From assembly GCF_035998705.1 (NCBI RefSeq), contig NZ_DASYHH010000021.1:141036-205035 (forward strand): 64,000 bases of DNA, written 5' to 3'. Origin of the DNA: Shinella sp. (GTDB taxonomy: Bacteria; Pseudomonadota; Alphaproteobacteria; Rhizobiales; Rhizobiaceae). Each line of letters begins with the position of its first letter. Position 1 is the stretch's first letter. The notes beneath the pieces were generated by a model, which saw nothing but the letters and a program-made list of their open reading frames with translations, searched no databases and was not told where the DNA came from. The translations under genes were made by a program, and so were the position numbers. Below are positions 1-9,577 of the stretch, one piece after another.

Positions 1-324
1 GTGTGCAAACGCGATGGCAGCGCCGTCGCGGATGTTGCCGGCGATGTCGGCCTTGTAGATGTCGGCCTGGAGTTCGTCCGGCGTCGCCATCATCAGGAGG
101 TCGCCCCACTTGGCGGCGTCAGCAACGGTCATGACCTTGAAGCCGTCGGCTTCGGCCTTCTTGATGGTCGGCGAACCGGCCTTCAGAGCGATGACGACGT
201 TCTTGGCGCCGGAATCCTTGAGGTTGAGGGCGTGGGCACGGCCCTGCGAGCCGTAGCCGACGATGACGACGTTCTTCGCCTTGATGAGATTGAGATCGGC
301 ATCACGATCGTAATAGACGCGCAT
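1..324 (-). CDS. ilvC: Ketol-acid reductoisomerase, N-terminal part (runs off window start)
   Basis: Not in ORF track; minus-strand translation from ATG at 324 reads [39 protein letters not shown], the KARI NADPH-binding N-terminus. Confidence 0.96.
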   Translation of the reverse strand, partial: MRVYYDRDADLNLIKAKNVVIVGYGSQGRAHALNLKDSGAKNVVIALKAGSPTIKKAEADGFKVMTVADAAKWGDLLMMATPDELQADIYKADIAGNIRDGAAIAFAH

Positions 325-381
325 TGATGTTTCCTTCCCTTGCTGTCTGTTTCACTTGAACCGGAGGCTGCCCTGCCGGCG

Positions 382-1077
382 TTACCCTTTCACGCCGTGA
401 AGCGTCAGGAAGGCGTCCACCGCCTTCTCCGCGCGCGGCGAGAATTCCTTTTTGAGCGCTGCGGCGTCTTCTCCGAGCAGCATCCTCAGATGCATGTCGG
501 AAACGATCAGCCCGTAGAGCGTGCCGTATGCCTCGTCCGCCTTGTCGAATGCAAGCAGCTTCGCCTTGCGGCCGGCTTCCAGCAGCGCTGCGGCGCGTTT
601 GCCGATCTGCCGGCGGCCGCGCTCCTGCAGCAGGCGGCCAAGTCCGGCGCCCTCGCGGCTCGCCTGGCCGATGGCGAGGCGGTTCAGCGCGAGAGACACA
701 TCGCCCGAAAGCACGTCGATCAGGTCGCAGGCAAAGGCGAAGAGATGTTTGCGCAGCGTCTCGGCCGTCAGCGCACCGGCGCTCGCCTCGACCGTGCGCA
801 CCTTGCCCGCCTGGTAGGTGATCATCGCCGAGATCAGCCCGTCGCGGTCGCCGAACCACTTGTAGAGGCTTTCCTTCGAACAGTTCGCCGCGCGCGCGAC
901 ACCCGCCGTCGTCAGCGCCCGTTCGCCGCCCTCGACCAGCAGGCCGAGCGCACGCTCCAGCACCGCGCCCTGACGTTCCGTCAGTCCCGCGGCGGCTGCG
1001 CCCGCTCTGCCCTGCTCCACGAAATGCACGATGATCCCCTGTCGAATTCCTGCGTACCGTACCGTACGGTTCGGCAT
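382..1077 (-). CDS. TetR/AcrR family transcriptional regulator (true start probably ~1020-1030)
   Basis: HTH LTTAGVARAANCSKESLYKWFGDRDGL; helical C-terminal ligand domain. Confidence 0.88.
   Translation of the reverse strand: MPNRTVRYAGIRQGIIVHFVEQGRAGAAAAGLTERQGAVLERALGLLVEGGERALTTAGVARAANCSKESLYKWFGDRDGLISAMITYQAGKVRTVEASAGALTAETLRKHLFAFACDLIDVLSGDVSLALNRLAIGQASREGAGLGRLLQERGRRQIGKRAAALLEAGRKAKLLAFDKADEAYGTLYGLIVSDMHLRMLLGEDAAALKKEFSPRAEKAVDAFLTLHGVKG
1056..1070. promoter_or_regulatory. Perfect palindrome ACCGTAC-C-GTACGGT, probable TetR autoregulatory operator
   Basis: 7-bp perfect inverted repeat with 1-bp spacer just upstream of the likely TetR start. Confidence 0.6.
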
Positions 1078-1435
1078 CTTCTAGCGATCTCCGCCGACGC
1101 GGTCAACACACTTCTCGCAAGGGAGGGAAAGCGGGTGATTTGCAGGGTCGAATCCTGCTTTCTGGGCCTGCTGCACCACGCAATAATCGCTGCAATGCAC
1201 AACGATGAAGAAATTTTTATTCCGCTATGTCGCTGATTTGAAACAGAAGTCCTTTTAAATCGTGCAAGGACCATGGCTCGCACAAAATTTTTCGCTTCCC
1301 AAGACGTTTCCGATTGTTAAGATTTGTGAGACCTGCGGTGCAGCAGGCCGTTCTGGACAAGCGCGGCCCTGCCGGCATCGAGGCCTGAGTATCAGGAGTA
1401 CGAAGCGAAACGCCCTTACGCCAAGGAGACAGAAA

Positions 1436-1816
1436 ATGTTGAATTTCCTGCCAGACCTTCACGAAGGACATGCTCCCATCACTCTGCAGCAAGTGTTCGG
1501 CGACGCCCTGGAAGCCTTTGACGCCTGGGAAGACGAACGCGCCGAACCGATGGTGATCTACGAAGACCAGATCGTTCCCATCGGCATCGTCTTCGACAGC
1601 ATGCGCGCATGCACCGATATCCTGCCGCGCACCATGGCGGATATCGTGGCCGATACCCTCGCCCGCAACCCGGCAGCCGTCGGCGCCGACATCGTCACCT
1701 TCGGCGATGCCGCCCGCCTCGCCGTGGCCCTCGTCGAACAGCGTCGCCTCTACGGCGAGGCTGCCATCGCCGCCTTCCTCGACCATCATCGCGTCGACAA
1801 GCGGCGTCCTGCCTGA
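1436..1816 (+). CDS. Hypothetical protein (126 aa)
   Basis: AAGGAG RBS before ATG 1436; GC3-rich codon usage; followed by terminator. Confidence 0.75.
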   Translation: MLNFLPDLHEGHAPITLQQVFGDALEAFDAWEDERAEPMVIYEDQIVPIGIVFDSMRACTDILPRTMADIVADTLARNPAAVGADIVTFGDAARLAVALVEQRRLYGEAAIAAFLDHHRVDKRRPA

Positions 1817-1822
1817 TCCCGG

Positions 1823-1850
1823 AAAAGTCCCGTTAAAAACGGGACTTTTT
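1823..1850 (+). terminator. Rho-independent (likely bidirectional) terminator
   Basis: AAAAGTCCCGTT..AACGGGACTTTTT stem-loop with T tract. Confidence 0.8.
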
Positions 1851-1933
1851 CTTCTCATGCATGGCAATACCGGAATAAGGAACAGGCACCACCCGTTATG
1901 GGAGTGCCTGCCCTCCTGCGACGGATTCCCGCC

Positions 1934-2233
1934 ATGTTTCGCCTCGCCGCTGCCGCCCTCCTCCTCTCCGCCCTGCCCGCACTCGCCGCCGAGGAGCCGC
2001 CCTATGTCGGCACCTGGAATTGCGAGGTCGCGACCTTCAGCTTCACCGCAGAGACTTATGACTCCGGCGAAGGCCCCATGCCGATCGTCAAGAGCGAAAA
2101 GGACGGCGGCGCCTATACGCTGACCTTCGCCGACGACTACCGCATCGGCCTTGCCAACATCACCGACAGCGAGATGGACTGGGCGTCGGAGGCGAGCGGC
2201 GACATGTTTCACTGCAAGAAGATGGTGAAGTGA
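1934..2233 (+). CDS. Small secreted hypothetical protein
   Basis: Signal peptide MFRLAAAALLLSALPALA; GTWNC motif and a C-terminal Cys. Confidence 0.7.
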   Translation: MFRLAAAALLLSALPALAAEEPPYVGTWNCEVATFSFTAETYDSGEGPMPIVKSEKDGGAYTLTFADDYRIGLANITDSEMDWASEASGDMFHCKKMVK

Positions 2234-2237
2234 GGAT

Positions 2238-2603
2238 ATGGCGATGAAAAGACTGGTTCTGGGTGCCCTTCTCTTTGTTCTTGCCGGGACGGGCGCGCAA
2301 GCCGCCGAAAACCGCTGCGGCTGGCTGCACAATCCCACGCCGGCGAACTGGTGGCTGAACGATGCCGACGGAAGCTGGACATTGATGACGCAGGGCGGCG
2401 GCGAGGAGCCTGACGGCATCGACATCCTCCCGGACATTTCTGCCGGCGACTATGTGCGCACCAACGGCAACTACGGCTACGCCTGCGCCTGCATGAGCGT
2501 CGACACCGACGACGCCGACGGCCGCATCCTCGCCATCCATTCCTTCCGCCAGCTGCCGATCGCGAAATGCGCGAACGATCCGGCCCTCTCACCGCCGGAC
2601 TGA
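2238..2603 (+). CDS. Secreted DUF4087-like protein
   Basis: Signal peptide then ENRCGWLHNPTPANWWLND; GNYGYACAC; four Cys. Confidence 0.75.
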   Translation: MAMKRLVLGALLFVLAGTGAQAAENRCGWLHNPTPANWWLNDADGSWTLMTQGGGEEPDGIDILPDISAGDYVRTNGNYGYACACMSVDTDDADGRILAIHSFRQLPIAKCANDPALSPPD

Positions 2604-2802
2604 CCAAGGACAAAAGCCGACGCGCTCCCGTCTTGACCCGGCGCGTCGAAGCACTTATTTCTCCCGCATCGAGATTTGAACGTTGACTTCTGCATTTGCA
2701 GGCGTTCCTGCCTGCAGTACGAACCTACCCTTCAAATTCGACCTCCCATGGTTGCCAATTCGGCGACCGAAGATTGATTTGACGGCTTAGAAAGGTTTCG
2801 TC

Positions 2803-3012
2803 ATGGCAACTGGTACCGTAAAGTGGTTCAACACGACCAAGGGCTACGGCTTCATTCAGCAGGACAGCGGTGAGCCGGACGTTTTCGTCCACATCTCCGC
2901 CGTTCAGCGCGCCGGCCTCACGGGCCTGGACGAAGGTCAGAAGGTCAGCTTCGAGCTGGTCCGCGACCGCAAGTCCGGCAAGATGTCGGCCGATCAGCTG
3001 ACCGCAGCCTGA
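2803..3012 (+). CDS. cspA: Cold-shock protein, CspA family
   Basis: [18 protein letters not shown] (RNP1) and DVFVHISA (RNP2). Confidence 0.93.
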   Translation: MATGTVKWFNTTKGYGFIQQDSGEPDVFVHISAVQRAGLTGLDEGQKVSFELVRDRKSGKMSADQLTAA

Positions 3013-3038
3013 TCACCGCCACGGCACTGAAATGAAAG

Positions 3039-3063
3039 AGGCCGGTTCAGACCGGCCTTTTTT
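3039..3063 (+). terminator. Rho-independent terminator after csp
   Basis: AGGCCGGT-TCAG-ACCGGCCT followed by TTTTT. Confidence 0.85.
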
Positions 3064-3070
3064 ATGCCTG

Positions 3071-3535
3071 CTATTCGGCGTGATCCACCGGCAGGCGCGA
3101 TCCGCTCTTCAGCACCTCCATCGAGATCGAGGCGGAAACGTCGAAGAGCTCGACCTTGCGCACGATGCGCTTGTAGACCACGTCGTAATGCTCGACGCGC
3201 GGCAGCACGATTTTCAGGATATAGTCGTAATTGCCCGTCAGCCGGTGCGCCTCGACGACCTCGGGAATGTCGGCGATCGCCCGGGAAAACAACGCGATCC
3301 AGTCGTCGCTGTGATGCGCCGTCTTGATCAGCGCGAAAACCGTCGTCGGCACGCCCATCTTGTCGCGGTCGAGCAGGGCGACCCGCCCCACGATATGCCC
3401 GCTCTCCTCCAGCCGCTGGATGCGGCGCGCGCAGGCCGAGAGCGACAGGTTCACCTTCTCCGCCAGCACGGCGACGGGCGCGCCCGCATCCTCCTGCAAC
3501 AGCGCCAGCAATTTCCGGTCCCGCTCATCCAGCAC
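3071..3535 (-). CDS. Lrp/AsnC family regulator
   Basis: GTG start; LDERDRKLLALLQED, LSACARRIQRLEESG, HRLTGNYDYILK. Confidence 0.92.
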   Translation of the reverse strand: MLDERDRKLLALLQEDAGAPVAVLAEKVNLSLSACARRIQRLEESGHIVGRVALLDRDKMGVPTTVFALIKTAHHSDDWIALFSRAIADIPEVVEAHRLTGNYDYILKIVLPRVEHYDVVYKRIVRKVELFDVSASISMEVLKSGSRLPVDHAE

Positions 3536-3703
3536 GCCGAGATTCTCCGCATATCTCTCCGATGCAGCAAAGAAAGCGCGCCAAGGTGTCATTTGGCAAC
3601 ACAAATTATCGCCGCTCCACCAAATCAGTCGAAACTTTGCGAACAATCGCCGCGGAGGGCGCGGCATTCTGATCGTCATGGACATCACCAGCGGGAGACG
3701 AGC

Positions 3704-4417
3704 ATGAAGACGATCGGCCTTATCGGCGGCATGAGCTTTGAGAGCACGGCGGTCTATTACCGCATGATTAACGAGGCGGTGCGCGCGCGGCTGGGCGGCC
3801 TGCATTCGGCGGACGTGCTGGTGCATTCGGTGGATTTCCAGTCGATCGTCGACCTTCAGAAGGCGGGCCGCTGGGATGCCGCCGGCGAGCGCCTCGGCGC
3901 GGTTGCCGCGGGCCTCGAAAAGGCCGGCGCGGACTGCGTGCTGATCTGCACCAATACCATGCACCTCGTCGCCGATGCGGTTCAGGCCGCCGTCAAGGCG
4001 CCGCTCCTCAACATCATCGACGAGACCGCGCGCGAAATTTTCGCGGCCGGCAAGCGCCGCCCGCTGCTGCTCGCCACGCGCTACACGATGGAACACGGTT
4101 TTTACGCAGACCGCATGAAAGAGGCCGGCCTCGACGTGATGGTGCCGGATGACGCCGGCCGCACGCTGATCCACGACGTTATCTTCGACGAGCTCTGCCA
4201 GGGCAAGGTGCTCGAAAATTCCCGCGAGCGCGTGCTCGCCCTGATCGAGGCAGCGCGCGGACAGGGCGCGGATTGCGTCATCCTCGGCTGCACGGAAATC
4301 TGCTTGCTGCTCGATCCAAAAACCCTGCCGCTGCCGGGCTTCGATTCGACCGCGATCCATGCCAGGGCGGCCGTCGATTTCGCGCTCGGCGCCATCGTCG
4401 CCAGCAAGGCGGCTTGA
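3704..4417 (+). CDS. Aspartate/glutamate racemase family protein (YgeA/RacX-like)
   Basis: MKTIGLIGGMSFEST; catalytic Cys motifs ICTNTMH and LGCTEI. Confidence 0.92.
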   Translation: MKTIGLIGGMSFESTAVYYRMINEAVRARLGGLHSADVLVHSVDFQSIVDLQKAGRWDAAGERLGAVAAGLEKAGADCVLICTNTMHLVADAVQAAVKAPLLNIIDETAREIFAAGKRRPLLLATRYTMEHGFYADRMKEAGLDVMVPDDAGRTLIHDVIFDELCQGKVLENSRERVLALIEAARGQGADCVILGCTEICLLLDPKTLPLPGFDSTAIHARAAVDFALGAIVASKAA

Positions 4418-4423
4418 GGCCGT

Positions 4424-5668
4424 TCAGGCCTCGCGCAGCGCCTTCTCCTGCCAGCGGCATTCTTCCAACCCGGCCCGTGCGAACGGGTCGGTCAGCGTAC
4501 CGGAGACGATCGCCGCCAGGATCTGCGGCGCCGGCGGTATTTTCGCGACGGTCGCGACCAGCCGGTCGCGCAGCCAAGCGATCGCCTGCGAATCCGACTG
4601 GTAGAACGGCGTGAAAACATAGGAAAGCAGCTGGAACAGCCGCACATGGTTGCGCCGGGCGGCCGCATAGGCCGCCAGCCCCTCCTCCAGCGACGCCGCC
4701 GACGACAGGGCATGCGCCAATGCGGCCGCGTCGAGCAACGCCATGTTCGCCCCCTGCCCGAGCTGCGGGCTCGTCGAATGGGCGCTGTCGCCGATGAAGA
4801 CGATGCCGTCCGCATAGGGCGGCAGCGTGGTGCGGTGGGCGTAGCGGGCGAGCGTCAGCTGGTCCCAATCCGTGATCTGGTCGAGGAAGGGCGCCGTTTC
4901 CGGCCAATGGCCGCGGATGCCGGCCTTCCAGCGCTCCAGCCCCGCCTGTCTCACCGTTTCCGCCTCCGCCGTCTTGAGGCTCCAGAAAAAGGCGGCCTTG
5001 CGGCCCCCGCCCGCATGCGCCCGGCCGACCGGCAGCACGCCGATCATCACCTTCGCGGCGTCATACCTTTGGGCAAGTGCGCGCGCGTCATGCGCAATAC
5101 CGTCGCAATCGAGCGTCGCCCAAAAGGCGCCCCAGGGCAGCTCCCGGATATGCGGCGAGACGATGGAGGCCGCGACGAGTTGCGAGCGCGCGCCGGTCGC
5201 ATCGATCACCAGGTCGTAATCGCCGACGATCTCGCCATCCGGATCGTGCAGCGCGGTGCGGGACTGGCGGGTCTCGGCCTTGGCCAGCGTGATGCCCGTG
5301 CGGATGGGCAGCCCTTCGGCCACCACCGCGTCATGCAGCACGGAAAACAGCGCCGCCCGGTGCACGGCGAGACCATAACGGCCGCCGGAAAGCGCATCGT
5401 AGCGCACGTCGAGCACGGTTCGACCGCTGCGCGCATCCGCGCCGTGCAGCCGGTCGATGCGGTTGCCCAGCGTATGGATGGCCGACGACAGGCCAAGGGC
5501 GTCGAGCACGGTGAGCCCGGTCGGCTGCATCAGCAGGCCGGAGCCGACCGGCGACGGCTGGTCGAAGCGCTCGATGAGTTCCACCCGGTGGCCGGCGCGC
5601 GCCAGAAAGAGCGCGGCCGCGAGCCCCGCAGGCCCCGCGCCGGCAATGCCGATATCCAGTCGCTTCAT
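4424..5668 (-). CDS. FAD-dependent monooxygenase (UbiH/salicylate hydroxylase-like fold)
   Basis: GAGPAG dinucleotide motif, DATGARS, IGDSAHSTSPQLGQGANMAL. Confidence 0.88.
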   Translation of the reverse strand: MKRLDIGIAGAGPAGLAAALFLARAGHRVELIERFDQPSPVGSGLLMQPTGLTVLDALGLSSAIHTLGNRIDRLHGADARSGRTVLDVRYDALSGGRYGLAVHRAALFSVLHDAVVAEGLPIRTGITLAKAETRQSRTALHDPDGEIVGDYDLVIDATGARSQLVAASIVSPHIRELPWGAFWATLDCDGIAHDARALAQRYDAAKVMIGVLPVGRAHAGGGRKAAFFWSLKTAEAETVRQAGLERWKAGIRGHWPETAPFLDQITDWDQLTLARYAHRTTLPPYADGIVFIGDSAHSTSPQLGQGANMALLDAAALAHALSSAASLEEGLAAYAAARRNHVRLFQLLSYVFTPFYQSDSQAIAWLRDRLVATVAKIPPAPQILAAIVSGTLTDPFARAGLEECRWQEKALREA

Positions 5669-5686
5669 GCCGCCTTCCCCGGTATG

Positions 5687-6094
5687 TCAGTCCTTCGCCG
5701 CGTCATAGACCAGGCGTGCAGCCCGGATCGCGCCGTGGTTCTCCGTAGACCACTGCACGAGGGAGCGCAGAAGCGCAAGGAAGGAGTGGCCGAGCGGCGT
5801 CAGCGCATATTCGACGCTCGGCGGCTGGGTGGGATAGACGGTGCGCGTCAGGTAACCGTCGCGCTGCAGGTCGCGCAGCGTCTGGGTCAGCATGCGTTGC
5901 GAAATGTCTGGAATGAGGCGGCGAAGCTGCGAGAAGCGGCGCGGCCCGTCGGCGAGGCCGAGGATCATCAGCGAGGTCCACTTGCCGCCGACGCTGTCCA
6001 GCACGTCGCGCACCGGACAATCATCCATTGACATGGCGACGCCGTCGATCAGCATGACGCGTTCGCCCTCGGCGCGCTCGACGATCTTGTTCAT
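5687..6094 (-). CDS. HxlR-family winged-helix regulator (QorR/YtfH-like)
   Basis: [37 protein letters not shown]; divergent from QorB-like gene. Confidence 0.9.
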   Translation of the reverse strand: MNKIVERAEGERVMLIDGVAMSMDDCPVRDVLDSVGGKWTSLMILGLADGPRRFSQLRRLIPDISQRMLTQTLRDLQRDGYLTRTVYPTQPPSVEYALTPLGHSFLALLRSLVQWSTENHGAIRAARLVYDAAKD

Positions 6095-6246
6095 AGAAGG
6101 TTCCCTCCAGGTAACCACAGCAGAAAAAACTGCCTCCTTTACAGCGTCTACCAGATCACCAGATAAGAGCAAGTCTCAATAAGAGACCAACACTCAGCAG
6201 GAACCGAAGGCGCCTCTCCGCCAACCCTGCCAGAAAGGCCATAGAC

Positions 6247-7134
6247 ATGACCGACACAATTCTCGTTACCGGCGCCTCCGGCCAGCTCGGCCGCCTCGTC
6301 CTCGACAAGCTCATCGCCTCCGGCCAGGTCGCGCCGGCCGATATCATCGCCGCGACGCGCGACACCGCCAAACTGGAGGCCTATGCCGCCAAGGGCGTCA
6401 CGGTCCGCGTGGCGGATTTCGACGATGAGGCCTCGCTCGACGCCGCTTTTGCCGGCGCCGGCAAGGTGCTGATCATCTCGACGGACGCGCTCGACAAGCC
6501 GGGCCGCCGCCTCGCCCAGCACAAGGCCGCGGTCGCCGCCGCTAAGAAGGCCGGCGCAAAACACATCCTCTACACCTCCATGCCGCAGCCGGAGGATTCG
6601 CTCGTCACCTTCGCGCCCGATCATCTCGGCACCGAACAGGCCATCAAGGCGACCGGCATCCCCTACACGATCCTGCGCGACGGCTGGTATGCCGAAAACC
6701 TCTTCATGTCGCTGCCGCACGCGCTCGCCACCGGCTCCTGGTACACCGCCACCGGTAAAGGCAGGATCGCCCACATCACCCGCGACGACACCGCCGCCGC
6801 CCTCGCCGGCGCCGTGCTGAAGGCTGGCGACGAGAGCAGGACCTACACGCTGACCGGCACGAAGACCCACACGGCCGATGAAATCGCCGCCATCGTTTCC
6901 GCGGCGACCGGCAAGCCGCTCAACGTGGTGCATGTGACGGATGCCCAGCTTGCCGAGGGCCTCAAGGGCGCCGGCCTGCCGGAAGCGTTCATCCCGACGA
7001 TCGTCTCCTTCGACGCCAACACGCGCGAGGGCAAGATCGCGATGGTCACGAGCGATGCCGAAACGCTGTCCGGCCGTCCGCTGACCGCGTTCGAGGACTT
7101 CGTCGCCGCCAGCAAGGCAGCATTTCTCGGCTGA
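6247..7134 (+). CDS. qorB: NAD(P)H:quinone oxidoreductase, NmrA-like SDR (QorB/YtfG-like)
   Basis: ILVTGASGQLG, HILYTS, TILRDGWYAEN, GRIAHITRDD. Confidence 0.8.
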   Translation: MTDTILVTGASGQLGRLVLDKLIASGQVAPADIIAATRDTAKLEAYAAKGVTVRVADFDDEASLDAAFAGAGKVLIISTDALDKPGRRLAQHKAAVAAAKKAGAKHILYTSMPQPEDSLVTFAPDHLGTEQAIKATGIPYTILRDGWYAENLFMSLPHALATGSWYTATGKGRIAHITRDDTAAALAGAVLKAGDESRTYTLTGTKTHTADEIAAIVSAATGKPLNVVHVTDAQLAEGLKGAGLPEAFIPTIVSFDANTREGKIAMVTSDAETLSGRPLTAFEDFVAASKAAFLG

Positions 7135-7144
7135 TGAATTTGCG

Positions 7145-7171
7145 GTGCGGCGCTCCCCAAGGGCGCCGCAC
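7145..7171. terminator. GC-rich hairpin between convergent qorB and pdxJ
   Basis: GTGCGGCGC..GCGCCGCAC inverted repeat. Confidence 0.5.
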
Positions 7172-7176
7172 TACCG

Positions 7177-7929
7177 TCAGACGTCCTGGCCGCAGGCGCG
7201 GCAGAAGCGCCGTACCGATTCCGCCATGCCAAATTCCAGCGCATCGGCGGTCAGGCCGTGGCCGATCGACACTTCGGCGAGGCGCGGAATGCGCGCCACC
7301 AGCATCGGCAGGTTGGCAATGGTCAGGTCATGGCCGGCATTGACGTCGAGGCCGAGATCGAAGGCGATATCCGCCGTCTCGCCCAGCAGGTCGGCGATGC
7401 GCTGGGCTTGCGCCGGATCATCGTAGCAGCCGCCATAGGGGCCGGTATAAAGCTCGATCCGGTCGGCCCCGACCTCTCTTGCGATCGTCAGCGCCTCGCG
7501 GTCAGGCGCACCATCGGCAAAGACCGACACGCGAAGGCCGAGCTTCTTCAGCCGGCCGACGATATTGCCGAGAAGATTGTGGCTCCGGCGAAAATCCCAG
7601 CCGTGGTCGGACGTCGCCTGCGACGGATCGTCCGGCACCAGCGTCACCTGCTCGGGACGATGCTCCTCGACGAGGCGCATGAAGCCCTCTTCCGGAAAGC
7701 CCTCGATGTTGAACTCCGTGCCGGTAAATTCGCTGTCGATGAGGTTGCGGATCGGCGCGAGGTCGGCAAAGCGCACATGGCGCTGGTCCGGCCGTGGATG
7801 CACGGTGAGGCCGCTCGCACCCGCCTGAAGGGCGATCCGGCCAAGGCCGGTGACGCTCGGCCAGGGCAGGTCCCGGCGGTTGCGCAGCATGGCGATGGCG
7901 TTGAGATTGACCGACAGTTTCGCAGGCAT
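7177..7929 (-). CDS. pdxJ: Pyridoxine 5'-phosphate synthase
   Basis: [45 protein letters not shown]. Confidence 0.96.
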   Translation of the reverse strand: MPAKLSVNLNAIAMLRNRRDLPWPSVTGLGRIALQAGASGLTVHPRPDQRHVRFADLAPIRNLIDSEFTGTEFNIEGFPEEGFMRLVEEHRPEQVTLVPDDPSQATSDHGWDFRRSHNLLGNIVGRLKKLGLRVSVFADGAPDREALTIAREVGADRIELYTGPYGGCYDDPAQAQRIADLLGETADIAFDLGLDVNAGHDLTIANLPMLVARIPRLAEVSIGHGLTADALEFGMAESVRRFCRACGQDV

Positions 7930-8173
7930 GACGACGCGGGCTCCTGTTGCAGGACACAGGTCTAGCCTGTTGTTTCCACAAGGGCAATCGCCCCAAGAGC
8001 CGTGAAAACCGGGGCAGCGGGCGATTTGGCCGGGAGGGGCCGCCTCACCCCTTGCCGTTCATCAAGAATCACCGGTAAACTCCCCTAGAATTTTGGGGAT
8101 GCGCGCTTCGGCGCCTCGACACGGGACAGGAAGGAAACCAGGCAGCAACGATGGCCTCCTCTATGGTGTTACC

Positions 8174-9262
8174 ATGAGCGGGACCGACAGGCCGGCGTGC
8201 GATCTCGTACGGCGCGCGCTGCATGCTGTCATCGCCAGCGATACGTTCGCCCGTTCCGAGCGGTTGCGCTCGTTCCTCTCCTACATCGTCGAGAACGAAC
8301 TTTCCGGCAAGGCGGCCCAGTTGAAGGGCTACAGCATCGGCATCGACGTCTTCGGCCGGTCGGCCGGCTTCGATGCCGGCAACGATCCGCTGGTCCGCGT
8401 CCAGGCCGGCAAGCTCAGGAAGCTGCTCGAACACTATTACGAGACGGAAGGCGCTTCGGATCACCTGCGCATCCGCGTGCCGGTCGGCAGCTACGTTCCC
8501 GAATACAGCATCATCGAGGACGTGCCGGAAACACCCGAGCCCTTGGCAGCCACCCCGCGCCCGGTGCGCCAGAAGCCCGCACCGCGCCGCTCGTGGCTGC
8601 CGGCACCGGTCTCCTCGCCGCTCGCCCTGCTGTCGTTGCTGCCGCTGTTTTTCCTGGCGCCCTCCGTCTATCCGGAAACCACCAATGCGGCGATCGCCAA
8701 GGCGCAGCTCGTGCTTTCGGTGCAGAACCGGCTTGCCGGCCGCGCCCAGGCGCTGCCGAGCCTGCACATCGTGCAATGCTGGCCATCCGGCGGCGGATGC
8801 AGTGCGTTCGCGCACGCCATTGCCGGCTCCGCCGGTTACCACAGGACCGTGCACCTCATCGACAAGCGCGAGGCGGGCGAAACGCATCCGCTCTCCTACA
8901 CGATCCGCATCGAGAACCGCCCGGATGGCCGCGGCATCTACGCCCGGCTGATCCACGAACAATCCGGCGATACGATCTATGCGCGGTATTTCTCGCCAGA
9001 GCAGCTGCGCAGCAAAGCGGGCATCGCCTACGAGGCCGTCAATTTCGTCGCCCGCACCCTGTCGGCAACCGGGCCGCTCTATCGCCACGCGCTGCGCACG
9101 GGCACGGCAAGCGGCACCATGGAATGTCTTGCGCATAGCGAGCGGAGCCCGCCGCGCGGCACGCCATCGCTCGGCCAGCCGGCCGCCTGTAGCGTGCAAC
9201 CCGCCGCAGCCCTTGCCGAAGCGCCGATTCCGGACGGAACCGGGTTTACCCTGACGCGGTAG
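8174..9262 (+). CDS. Membrane protein with N-terminal winged-helix-like domain as in rhizobial TolB-like/adenylate cyclase-associated regulators
   Basis: SERLRSFLSYIV..KGYSIGIDVFGR..FD...DPLVRVQAGKLRKLLEHYY motif; one TM helix (LALLSLLPLFFLAP). Confidence 0.7.
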   Translation: MSGTDRPACDLVRRALHAVIASDTFARSERLRSFLSYIVENELSGKAAQLKGYSIGIDVFGRSAGFDAGNDPLVRVQAGKLRKLLEHYYETEGASDHLRIRVPVGSYVPEYSIIEDVPETPEPLAATPRPVRQKPAPRRSWLPAPVSSPLALLSLLPLFFLAPSVYPETTNAAIAKAQLVLSVQNRLAGRAQALPSLHIVQCWPSGGGCSAFAHAIAGSAGYHRTVHLIDKREAGETHPLSYTIRIENRPDGRGIYARLIHEQSGDTIYARYFSPEQLRSKAGIAYEAVNFVARTLSATGPLYRHALRTGTASGTMECLAHSERSPPRGTPSLGQPAACSVQPAAALAEAPIPDGTGFTLTR

Positions 9263-9577
9263 GCGCTTGCCTTTTTCTTGCAGCCCACGCGCCGGCGCCA
9301 CCAGGAAATACATCCCTAGATATAACGATAGGCACGACCAAGCCTTGGGTTTATTTTACGATGATGGGCGGATTGGTAATGTGTGCCGCTCGGGTTCAGG
9401 ATCCTTGCACAATCGCGTCGCGAAACGGATCGAGAACCTTTGCGCGATCGTATACAGTTCCATTGGACGGCACAGCCGATGGAACTGGTGGGCATTGTCC
9501 GCCGGCTCTGATCCAGACTTCACGGGGAAGAGGATTTTGCCGGCGACCGGGGGTTAAACACATGAGCAGATTTCTTT

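Noticed and set aside
2610-2802. Possible structured cspA 5' UTR thermoregulator
   Set aside because: Plausible by analogy, but I could not identify a TSS or a convincing fold by eye.
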